A DNA stretch of 64,000 nt from Auanema rhodensis (lineage: Eukaryota > Animalia > Nematoda), in NCBI GenBank assembly GCA_964057225.1, contig OZ059899.1, positions 682,001-746,000 on the forward strand. Reading direction: 5' to 3'. The notes beneath the pieces were generated by a model. The model was given only the letters and a program-made list of their open reading frames with translations. It was not told the DNA's origin and made no database searches. Positions within the stretch are counted from its first letter, which is position 1; each line of letters starts with the position of its first letter. Made by a program: the position numbers and the translations under genes. Positions 12,001 to 24,700 of the stretch are shown here, piece after piece.

Positions 12001-15000
12001 GGGGAATCTAATTTTGGAAACCGCATCTCTTTATCTTTCACGTGAAGCGAGTTACATACCATGTGCACATCACGTGTACATTTAATTAGCATGAATTAAA
12101 GTTCACGTAAATTTCAAAGTCATGGTTACCATGAACTAATATCAATAAAAATTTGTTTTTATACTAATATGGACATGGGGAATCTAATTTTGAAAACCGC
12201 ATCTCTTTATCTTTCACGTGAAGCGAGTTACATACCATGTGCACATCACGTGTACATTTAATTAGCATAAATTAAAGTTCACCTAAATTTCAAAGTCATG
12301 GTTACCATGAACCAATATCAATAAAAATTTGGACATGGGGATTCTAATTTTGAAAACCGCATCTCTTTATCTTTCACGTGAAGCGAGTTACATACCAAGT
12401 GCACATCACGTGTACATTTAATTAGCATAAATTAAAGTGCACGTAAATTTCAAAGTCATGGTTACCATGAACTAATATCAATGAAAATTTGTTTGTAGAC
12501 TAATATGGACATGGGGAATCTAATTTTGAAAACCGCATCTCTTTATCTTTCACGTGAAGCGAGTTACATACCAAGTGCACATCACGTGTACATTTAATTA
12601 GCATAAATTAAAGTTCACCTAAATTTCAAAGTCATGGTTACCATGAACCAATATTAATAAAAATTTGTTTTTAGACTAATATGGACTAGGGGAATCTAAT
12701 TTTGAAAACCGCATCTCTTTATCTTTCACGTGAAGCGAGTTACATACCAAGTGCACATCACGTGTACATTTAATTTGCATAAATTAAAGTTCACGTAAAT
12801 TTAAAAATCATGGTTACCATGAACCAATATCAATAAAAATTTGTTTTTAGACTAATATGGACATGGGGAATCTAATTTTGAAAACCGCATCTTTTTATCT
12901 TTCACGTGAAGCGAGTTACATACCAAGTGCACATCACGTGTACATTTAATTAGCATAAATTAAAGTTCACGTAAATTTCAAAGTCATGGTTACCATGAAC
13001 CAATATCATAAAAAATTTGTTTTTAGACTAATATGGACATGGGGAATCTAATTTTGAAAACCGCATCTCTTTATCTTTCACGTGAAGCGAGTTACATACC
13101 AAGTGCACATCACGTGTACATTTAATTAGCATAAATTAAAGTGCACGTAAATTTCAAAGTCATGGTTACCATGAACCAATATCAATAAAAATTTGTTTTT
13201 AGACTAATATGGACATGGGGAATCTAATTTTGAAAACCGCATCTCTTTATCTTTCACGTGAAGCGAGTTACATACCAAGTGCACATCACGTGTACATTTA
13301 ATTAGCATAAATTAAAGTTCACCTAAATTTCAAAGTCATGGTTACCATGAACCAATATCAATAAAAATTTGGACATGGGGATTCTAATTTTGAAAACCGC
13401 ATCTCTTTATCTTTCACGTGAAGCGAGTTACATACCAAGTGCACATCACGTGTACATTTAATTAGCATAAATTAAAGTGCACGTAAATTTCAAAGTCATG
13501 GTTACCATGAACCAATATCAATGAAAATTTGTTTGTAGACTAATATGGACATGGGGAATCTAATTTTGAAAACCGCATCTCTTTATCTTTCACGTGAAGC
13601 GAGTTACATACCAAGTGCACATCACGTGTACATTTAATTAGCATAAATTAAAGTTCACCTAAATTTCAAAGTCATGGTTACCATGAACCAATATTAATAA
13701 AAATTTGTTTTTAGACTAATATGGACTAGGGGAATCTAATTTTGAAAACCGCATCTCTTTATCTTTCACGTGAAGCGAGTTACATACCAAGTGCACATCA
13801 CGTGTACATTTAATTAGCATAAATTAAAGTTCACGTAAATTTAAAAATCATGGTTACCATGAACCAATATCAATAAAAATTTGGACATGGGGATTCTAAT
13901 TTTGAAAACCGCATCTCTTTATCTTTCACGTGAAGCGAGTTACATACCAAGTGCACATCACGTGTACATTTAATTAGCATAAATTAAAGTGCACGTAAAT
14001 TTCAAAGTCATGGTTACCATGAACCAATATCAATGAAAATTTGTTTGTAGACTAATATGGACATGCTAATTTTGAAAACCGCATCTCTTTATCTTTCACG
14101 TGAAGCGAGTTACATACCAAGTGCACATCACGTGTACATTTAATTAGCATAAATTAAAGTTCACCTAAATTTCAAAGTCATGGTTACCATGAACCAATAT
14201 TAATAAAAATTTGTTTTTAGACTAATATGGACTAGGGGAATCTAATTTTGAAAACCGCATCTCTTTATCTTTCACGTGAAGCGAGTTACATACCAAGTGC
14301 ACATCACGTGTACATTTAATTAGCATAAATTAAAGTTCACGTAAATTTAAAAATCATGGTTACCATGAACCAATATCAATAAAAATTTGTTTTTAGACTA
14401 ATATGGATATGGGGAATCTAATTTTGAAAACCGCATCTTTTTATCTTTCACGTGAAGCGAGTTACATACCAAGTGCACATCACGTGTACATTTAATTAGC
14501 ATAAATTAAAGTTCACGTAAATTTCAAAGTCATGGTTACCATGAACCAATATCATAAAAAATTTGTTTTTAGACTAATATGGACATGGGGAATCTAATTT
14601 TGAAAACCGCATCTCTTTATCTTTCACGTGAAGCGAGTTACATACCAAGTGCACATCACGTGTACATTTAATTAGCATAAATTAAAGTTCACGTAAATTT
14701 CAAAGTCATGGTTACCATGAACCAATATCAATAAAAATTTGTTTTTAGACTAATATGGACATGGGGAATCTAATTTTGAAAACCGCATCTCTTTATCTTT
14801 CACGTGAAGCGAGTTACATACCAATTTCACATCACGTGTACATTTAATTAGCATAAATTAAAGTTCACGTAAATTTCAAAGTCATGGTTACCATGCACCA
14901 ATATCAATAAAAATTTGTTTTTAGACTAATATGGACATGGGGAATCTAATTTTGAAAACCGCATCTCTTTATCTTTCACGTGAAGCGAGTTACATACCAT

Positions 15001-15300
15001 GTGCACATCACGTGTACATTTAATTAGCATAAATTAAAGTTCACGTAAATTTCAAAGTCATGGTTACCATGCACCAATATCAATAAAAATTTGTTTTCAG
15101 ACTAATATGGACATGGGGAATCTAATTTTGAAAACCGCATCTCTTTATCTTTCACGTGAAGCGAGTTACATACCATGTGCACTTCACGTGTACATTTAAT
15201 TAGCATAAATTAAAGTTCACGTAAATTTCAAAGTCATGGTTACCATGCACCAATATCAATAAAAATTTGTTTTCAGACTAATATGGACATGGGGAATCTA
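1..15300. repeat. Domain dominated by subfamily A (CCAAGTG at pos 51, GCATAAAT at pos 82), rich in 160-bp deletion monomers, with short B interludes
   Basis: A51/A82 in most monomers. B-type stretches occur at about 3.9-4.4 kb, 6.55-6.9 kb and 11.0-12.2 kb. Eleven of the 14 16-bp-deletion monomers lie here. Confidence 0.9.
4220..8990. repeat. Tandem duplication, period 2432 bp (14 monomers, two carrying the 16-bp deletion)
   Basis: The rare GTTCATCTA variant lies at 4480 and 6912. Deletion junctions pair as 5057/7489 and 5569/8001. All offsets equal 2432 = 12x176 + 2x160. Boundaries are approximate. Confidence 0.85.
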
Positions 15301-16460
15301 ATTTTGAAAACCGCATCTCTTTATCTTCCACGTGAAGCGAGTTACATACCATGTGCACATCACGTGTACATTTAATTAGCATGAATTAAAGTTCACGTAA
15401 ATTTCAAAGTCATGGTTACCATGAACCAATATCAATAAAAATTTGTTTTTAGACTAATATGGACATGGGGAATCTAATTTTGAAAACCGCATCTCTTTAT
15501 CTTTCACGTGAAGCGAGTTACATACCATGTGCACATCACGTGTACATTTAATTAGCATGAATTAAAGTTCACGTAAATTTCAAAGTCATGGTTACCATGA
15601 ACCAATATCAATAAAAATTTGTTTTTAGACTAATATAGACATGGGGAATCTAATTTTGGAAACCGCATCTCTTTATCTTTCACGTGAAGCGAGTTACATA
15701 CCATGTGCACATCACGTGTACATTTAATTAGCATGAATTAAAGTTCACGTAAATTTCAAAGTCATGGTTACCATGAACTAATATCAATAAAAATTTGTTT
15801 TTATACTAATATGGACATGGGGAATCTAATTTTGAAAACCGCATCTCTTTATCTTTCACGTGAAGCGAGTTACATACCATGTGCACATCACGTGTACATT
15901 TAATTAGCATAAATTAAAGTTCACCTAAATTTCAAAGTCATGGTTACCATGAACCAATATCAATAAAAATTTGGACATGGGGATTCTAATTTTGAAAACC
16001 GCATCTCTTTATCTTTCACGTGAAGCGAGTTACATACCAAGTGCACATCACGTGTACATTTAATTAGCATAAATTAAAGTGCACGTAAATTTCAAAGTCA
16101 TGGTTACCATGAACTAATATCAATAAAAATTTGTTTTTAGACTAATATGGACATGGGGAATCTAATTTTGAAAACCGCATCTCTTTATCTTTCACGTGAA
16201 GCGAGTTACATACCATGTGCACATCACGTGTACATTTAATTAGCATGAATTAAAGTTCACGTAAATTTCAAAGTCATGGTTACCATGAACCAATATCAAT
16301 AAAAATTTGTTTTTAGACTAATATAGACATGGGGAATCTAATTTTGGAAACCGCATCTCTTTATCTTTCACGTGAAGCGAGTTACATACCATGTGCACAT
16401 CACGTGTACATTTAATTAGCATGAATTAAAGTTCACGTAAATTTCAAAGTCATGGTTACC
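8145..16460. repeat. Tandem duplication, period 4330 bp (25 monomers)
   Basis: The 6-bp-deletion monomer ACATGCTAAT lies at 9731 and 14061. GGATATGGGG lies at ~10075 and ~14405. 16-bp deletion junctions pair as 9041/13371, 9553/13883 and 11643/15973. 4330 = 25x176 - 4x16 - 6. Confidence 0.9.
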
Positions 16461-18750
16461 ATGAACCAATATCAATAAAAATTTGTTTTTAGACTAATAT
16501 GGACATGGGGAATCTAATTTTGAAAACCGCATCTCTTTATCTTTCACGTGAAGCGAGTTACATACCATGTGCACATCACGTGTACATTTAATTAGCATGA
16601 ATTAAAGTTCACGTAAATTTCAAAGTCATGGTTACCATGAACTAATATCAATAAAAATTTGTTTTTAGACTAATATGGACATGGGGAATCTAATTTTGGA
16701 AACCGCATCTCTTTATCTTTCACGTGAAGCGAGTTACATACCATGTGCACATCACGTGTACATTTAATTAGCATGAATTAAAGTTCACGTAAATTTCAAA
16801 GTCATGGTTACCATGAACCAATATCAATAAAAATTTGTTTTTAGACTAATATGGACATTGGGAATCTAATTTTGAAAACCGCATCTCTTTATCTTTCACG
16901 TGAAGCGAGTTACATACCATGTGCACATCACGTGTACATTTAATTAGCATGAATTAAAGTTCACGTAAATTTCAAAGTCATGGTTACCATGAACCAATAT
17001 CAATAAAAATTTGTTTTTAGACTAATATGGACATGGGTAATCTAATTTTGGACACCGCATCTGTTTATCTTTCACGTGAAGCGAGTTACATACCATGTGC
17101 ACATCACGTGTACATTTAATTAGCATGAATTAAAGTTCAAGTAAATTTCAAAGTCATGGTTACCATGAACCAATATCAATAAAAATTTGTTTTTAGACTA
17201 ATATGGACATGGGAAATCTAATTTTGAAAACCGCATCTCTTTATCTTTCTCGTGAAGCGAGTTACATACCATGTGCACATCACGTGTACATTTAATTAGC
17301 ATGAATTAAAGTTCACGTAAATTTCAAAGTCATGGTTACCATGAACCAATATCAATAAAAATTTGTTTTTAGACTAATATGGACATGGGGAATCTAATTT
17401 TGGAAACCGCATCTCTTTATCTTTCACGTGAAGCGAGTTACATACCATGTGCACATCACGTGTACATTTAATTAGCATGAATTAAAGTTCACGTAAATTT
17501 CAAAGTCATGGTTACCATGAACCAATATCAATAAAAATTTGTTTTTAGACTAATATAGACATGGGGAATCTAATTTTGGAAACCGCATCTCTTTATCTTT
17601 CACGTGAAGCGAGTTACATACCATGTGCACATCACGTGTACATTTAATTAGCATGAATTAAAGTTCACGTAAATTTCAAAGTCATGGTTACCATGAACCA
17701 ATATCAATAAAAATTTGTTTTTAGACTAATATGGACATGGGGAATCTAATTTTGAAAACCGCATCTCTTTATCTTTCACGTGAAGCGAGTTACATACCAT
17801 GTGCACATCACGTGTACATTTAATTAGCATGAATTAAAGTTCACGTAAATTTCAAAGTCATGGTTACCATGAACTAATATCAATAAAAATTTGTTTTTAG
17901 ACTAATATGGACATGGGGAATCTAATTTTGGAAACCGCATCTCTTTATCTTTCACGTGAAGCGAGTTACATACCATGTGCACATCACGTGTACATTTAAT
18001 TAGCATGAATTAAAGTTCACGTAAATTTCAAAGTCATGGTTACCATGAACCAATATCAATAAAAATTTGTTTTTAGACTAATATGGACATTGGGAATCTA
18101 ATTTTGAAAACCGCATCTCTTTATCTTTCACGTGAAGCGAGTTACATACCATGTGCACATCACGTGTACATTTAATTAGCATGAATTAAAGTTCACGTAA
18201 ATTTCAAAGTCATGGTTACCATGAACCAATATCAATAAAAATTTGTTTTTAGACTAATATGGACATGGGTAATCTAATTTTGGACACCGCATCTGTTTAT
18301 CTTTCACGTGAAGCGAGTTACATACCATGTGCACATCACGTGTACATTTAATTAGCATGAATTAAAGTTCAAGTAAATTTCAAAGTCATGGTTACCATGA
18401 ACCAATATCAATAAAAATTTGTTTTTAGACTAATATGGACATGGGAAATCTAATTTTGAAAACCGCATCTCTTTATCTTTCTCGTGAAGCGAGTTACATA
18501 CCATGTGCACATCACGTGTACATTTAATTAGCATGAATTAAAGTTCACGTAAATTTCAAAGTCATGGTTACCATGAACCAATATCAATAAAAATTTGTTT
18601 TTAGACTAATATGGACATGGGGAATCTAATTTTGGAAACCGCATCTCTTTATCTTTCACGTGAAGCGAGTTACATACCATGTGCACATCACGTGTACATT
18701 TAATTAGCATGAATTAAAGTTCACGTAAATTTCAAAGTCATGGTTACCAT
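16130..18750. repeat. 7-monomer higher-order repeat (1232 bp), two adjacent copies; further copies near 20.6-21.9 kb and 22.9-24.0 kb
   Basis: The ordered markers ATAGAC/TTGGA, ACTAAT, ATTGGG, GGGTAA/GGACACC/CTGTTT/TCAAG and GGGAAA/CTCGTG recur. ACATGGGTAA starts at 17031 and 18263 (offset 1232) and again near 21415 and 23703. Confidence 0.85.
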
Positions 18751-21700
18751 GAACCAATATCAATAAAAATTTGTTTTTAGACTAATATGGACATGGGGAA
18801 TCTAATTTTGAAAACCGCATCTCTTTATCTTTCACGTGAAGCGAGTTACATACCATGTGCACATCACGTGTACATTTAATTAGCATGAATTAAAGTTCAA
18901 GTAAATTTCAAAGTCATGGTTACCATGAACCAATATCAATAAAAATTTGTTTTTAGACTAATATGGACATGGGGAATCTAATTTTGGAAACCGCATCTCT
19001 TTATCTTTCACGTGAAGCGAGTTACATACCATGTGCACATCACGTGTACATTTAATTAGCATGAATTAAAGTTCACGTAAATTTCAAAGTCATGGTTACC
19101 ATGAACCAATATCAATAAAAATTTGTTTTTAGACTAATATGGACATGGGGAATCTAATTTTGAAAACCGCATCTCTTTATCTTTCACGTGAAGCGAGTTA
19201 CATACCAAGTGCACATCACGTGTACATTTAATTAGCATAAATTAAAGTTCACGTAAATTTCAAAGTCATGGTTACCATGAACCAATATCAATAAAAATTT
19301 GTTTTTAGACTAATATGGACATGGGGAATCTAATTTTGAAAACCGCATCTCTTTATCTTTCACGTGAAGCAAGTTACATACCATGTGCACATCACGTGTA
19401 CATTTAATTAGCATGAATTAAAGTTCACGTAAATTTCAAAGTCATGGTTACCATGCACCAATATCAATAAAAATTTGTTTTCAGACTAATATGGACATGG
19501 GGAATCTAATTTTGAAAACCGCATCTCTTTATCTTTCACGTGAAGCGAGTTACATACCATGTGCACTTCACGTGTACATTTAATTAGCATAAATTAAAGT
19601 TCACGTAAATTTCAAAGTCATGGTTACCATGCACCAATATCAATAAAAATTTGTTTTCAGACTAATATGGACATGGGGAATCTAATTTTGAAAACCGCAT
19701 CTCTTTATCTTCCACGTGAAGCGAGTTACATACCATGTGCACATCACGTGTACATTTAATTAGCATGAATTAAAGTTCACGTAAATTTCAAAGTCATGGT
19801 TACCATGAACCAATATCAATAAAAATTTGTTTTTAGACTAATATGGACATGGGGAATCTAATTTTGAAAACCGCATCTCTTTATCTTTCACGTGAAGCGA
19901 GTTACATACCATGTGCACATCACGTGTACATTTAATTAGCATGAATTAAAGTTCACGTAAATTTCAAAGTCATGGTTACCATGAACCAATATCAATAAAA
20001 ATTTGTTTTTAGACTAATATAGACATGGGGAATCTAATTTTGGAAACCGCATCTCTTTATCTTTCACGTGAAGCGAGTTACATACCATGTGCACATCACG
20101 TGTACATTTAATTAGCATGAATTAAAGTTCACGTAAATTTCAAAGTCATGGTTACCATGAACTAATATCAATAAAAATTTGTTTTTATACTAATATGGAC
20201 ATGGGGAATCTAATTTTGAAAACCGCATCTCTTTATCTTTCACGTGAAGCGAGTTACATACCATGTGCACATCACGTGTACATTTAATTAGCATAAATTA
20301 AAGTTCACCTAAATTTCAAAGTCATGGTTACCATGAACCAATATCAATAAAAATTTGGACATGGGGATTCTAATTTTGAAAACCGCATCTCTTTATCTTT
20401 CACGTGAAGCGAGTTACATACCAAGTGCACATCACGTGTACATTTAATTAGCATAAATTAAAGTGCACGTAAATTTCAAAGTCATGGTTACCATGAACTA
20501 ATATCAATAAAAATTTGTTTTTAGACTAATATGGACATGGGGAATCTAATTTTGAAAACCGCATCTCTTTATCTTTCACGTGAAGCGAGTTACATACCAT
20601 GTGCACATCACGTGTACATTTAATTAGCATGAATTAAAGTTCACGTAAATTTCAAAGTCATGGTTACCATGAACCAATATCAATAAAAATTTGTTTTTAG
20701 ACTAATATAGACATGGGGAATCTAATTTTGGAAACCGCATCTCTTTATCTTTCACGTGAAGCGAGTTACATACCATGTGCACATCACGTGTACATTTAAT
20801 TAGCATGAATTAAAGTTCACGTAAATTTCAAAGTCATGGTTACCATGAACCAATATCAATAAAAATTTGTTTTTAGACTAATATGGACATGGGGAATCTA
20901 ATTTTGAAAACCGCATCTCTTTATCTTTCACGTGAAGCGAGTTACATACCATGTGCACATCACGTGTACATTTAATTAGCATGAATTAAAGTTCACGTAA
21001 ATTTCAAAGTCATGGTTACCATGAACTAATATCAATAAAAATTTGTTTTTAGACTAATATGGACATGGGGAATCTAATTTTGGAAACCGCATCTCTTTAT
21101 CTTTCACGTGAAGCGAGTTACATACCATGTGCACATCACGTGTACATTTAATTAGCATGAATTAAAGTTCACGTAAATTTCAAAGTCATGGTTACCATGA
21201 ACCAATATCAATAAAAATTTGTTTTTAGACTAATATGGACATTGGGAATCTAATTTTGAAAACCGCATCTCTTTATCTTTCACGTGAAGCGAGTTACATA
21301 CCATGTGCACATCACGTGTACATTTAATTAGCATGAATTAAAGTTCACGTAAATTTCAAAGTCATGGTTACCATGAACCAATATCAATAAAAATTTGTTT
21401 TTAGACTAATATGGACATGGGTAATCTAATTTTGGACACCGCATCTGTTTATCTTTCACGTGAAGCGAGTTACATACCATGTGCACATCACGTGTACATT
21501 TAATTAGCATGAATTAAAGTTCAAGTAAATTTCAAAGTCATGGTTACCATGAACCAATATCAATAAAAATTTGTTTTTAGACTAATATGGACATGGGAAA
21601 TCTAATTTTGAAAACCGCATCTCTTTATCTTTCTCGTGAAGCGAGTTACATACCATGTGCACATCACGTGTACATTTAATTAGCATGAATTAAAGTTCAC

Positions 21701-24700
21701 GTAAATTTCAAAGTCATGGTTACCATGAACCAATATCAATAAAAATTTGTTTTTAGACTAATATGGACATGGGGAATCTAATTTTGGAAACCGCATCTCT
21801 TTATCTTTCACGTGAAGCGAGTTACATACCATGTGCACATCACGTGTACATTTAATTAGCATGAATTAAAGTTCACGTAAATTTCAAAGTCATGGTTACC
21901 ATGAACCAATATCAATAAAAATTTGTTTTTAGACTAATATGGACATGGGGAATCTAATTTTGAAAACCGCATCTCTTTATCTTTCACGTGAAGCGAGTTA
22001 CATACCATGTGCACATCACGTGTACATTTAATTAGCATGAATTAAAGTTCAAGTAAATTTCAAAGTCATGGTTACCATGAACCAATATCAATAAAAATTT
22101 GTTTTTAGACTAATATGGACATGGGGAATCTAATTTTGGAAACCGCATCTCTTTATCTTTCACGTGAAGCGAGTTACATACCATGTGCACATCACGTGTA
22201 CATTTAATTAGCATGAATTAAAGTTCACGTAAATTTCAAAGTCATGGTTACCATGAACCAATATCAATAAAAATTTGTTTTTAGACTAATATGGACATGG
22301 GGAATCTAATTTTGAAAACCGCATCTCTTTATCTTTCACGTGAAGCAAGTTACATACCATGTGCACATCACGTGTACATTTAATTAGCATGAATTAAAGT
22401 TCACGTAAATTTCAAAGTCATGGTTACCATGCACCAATATCAATAAAAATTTGTTTTCAGACTAATATGGACATGGGGAATCTAATTTTGAAAACCGCAT
22501 CTCTTTATCTTCCACGTGAAGCGAGTTACATACCATGTGCACATCACGTGTACATTTAATTAGCATGAATTAAAGTTCACGTAAATTTCAAAGTCATGGT
22601 TACCATGAACCAATATCAATAAAAATTTGTTTTTAGACTAATATGGACATGGGGAATCTAATTTTGAAAACCGCATCTCTTTATCTTTCACGTGAAGCAA
22701 GTTACATACCATGTGCACATCACGTGTACATTTAATTAGCATGAATTAAAGTTCACGTAAATTTCAAAGTCATGGTTACCATGCACCAATATCAATAAAA
22801 ATTTGTTTTCAGACTAATATGGACTTGGGGAATCTAATTTTGAAAACCGCATCTCTTTATCTTTCACGTGAAGCGAGTTACATACCATGTGCACATCACG
22901 TGTACATTTAATTAGCATGAATTAAAGTTCACGTAAATTTCAAAGTCATGGTTACCATGAACCAATATCAATAAAAATTTGTTTTTAGACTAATATAGAC
23001 ATGGGGAATCTGATTTTGGAAACCGCATCTCTTTATCTTTCACGTGAAGCGAGTTACATACCATGTGCACATCACGTGTACATTTAATTAGCATGAATTA
23101 AAGTTCACGTAAATTTCAAAGTCATGGTTACCATGAACCAATATCAATAAAAATTTGTTTTTAGACTAATATGGACATGGGGAATCTAATTTTGAAAACC
23201 GCATCTCTTTATCTTTCACGTGAAGCGAGTTACATACCATGTGCACATCACGTGTACATTTAATTAGCATGAATTAAAGTTCACGTAAATTTCAAAGTCA
23301 TGGTTACCATGAACTAATATCAATAAAAATTTGTTTTTAGACTAATATGGACATGGGGAATCTAATTTTGGAAACCGCATCTCTTTATCTTTCACGTGAA
23401 GCGAGTTACATACCATGTGCACATCACGTGTACATTTAATTAGCATGAATTAAAGTTCACGTAAATTTCAAAGTCATGGTTACCATGAACCAATATCAAT
23501 AAAAATTTGTTTTTAGACTAATATGGACATTGGGAATCTAATTTTGAAAACCGCATCTCTTTATCTTTCACGTGAAGCGAGTTACATACCATGTGCACAT
23601 CACGTGTACATTTAATTAGCATGAATTAAAGTTCACGTAAATTTCAAAGTCATGGTTACCATGAACCAATATCAATAAAAATTTGTTTTTAGACTAATAT
23701 GGACATGGGTAATCTAATTTTGGACACCGCATCTGTTTATCTTTCACGTGAAGCGAGTTACATACCATGTGCACATCACGTGTACATTTAATTAGCATGA
23801 ATTAAAGTTCAAGTAAATTTCAAAGTCATGGTTACCATGAACCAATATCAATAAAAATTTGTTTTTAGACTAATATGGACATGGGAAATCTAATTTTGAA
23901 AACCGCATCTCTTTATCTTTCTCGTGAAGCGAGTTACATACCATGTGCACATCACGTGTACATTTAATTAGCATGAATTAAAGTTCACGTAAATTTCAAA
24001 GTCATGGTTACCATGAACCAATATCAATAAAAATTTGTTTTTAGACTAATATAGACATGGGGAATCTAATTTTGGAAACCGCATCTCTTTATCTTTCACG
24101 TGAAGCGAGTTACATACCATGTGCACATCACGTGTACATTTAATTAGCATGAATTAAAGTTCACGTAAATTTCAAAGTCATGGTTACCATGAACCAATAT
24201 CAATAAAAATTTGTTTTTAGACTAATATGGACATGGGGAATCTAATTTTGAAAACCGCATCTCTTTATCTTTCACGTGAAGCGAGTTACATACCATGTGC
24301 ACATCACGTGTACATTTAATTAGCATGAATTAAAGTTCACGTAAATTTCAAAGTCATGGTTACCATGAACTAATATCAATAAAAATTTGTTTTTAGACTA
24401 ATATGGACATGGGGAATCTAATTTTGGAAACCGCATCTCTTTATCTTTCACGTGAAGCGAGTTACATACCATGTGCACATCACGTGTACATTTAATTAGC
24501 ATGAATTAAAGTTCACGTAAATTTCAAAGTCATGGTTACCATGAACCAATATCAATAAAAATTTGTTTTTAGACTAATATGGACATGGGGAATCTAATTT
24601 TGGAAACCGCATCTCTTTATCTTTCACGTGAAGCGAGTTACATACCATGTGCACATCACGTGTACATTTAATTAGCATGAATTAAAGTTCACGTAAATTT

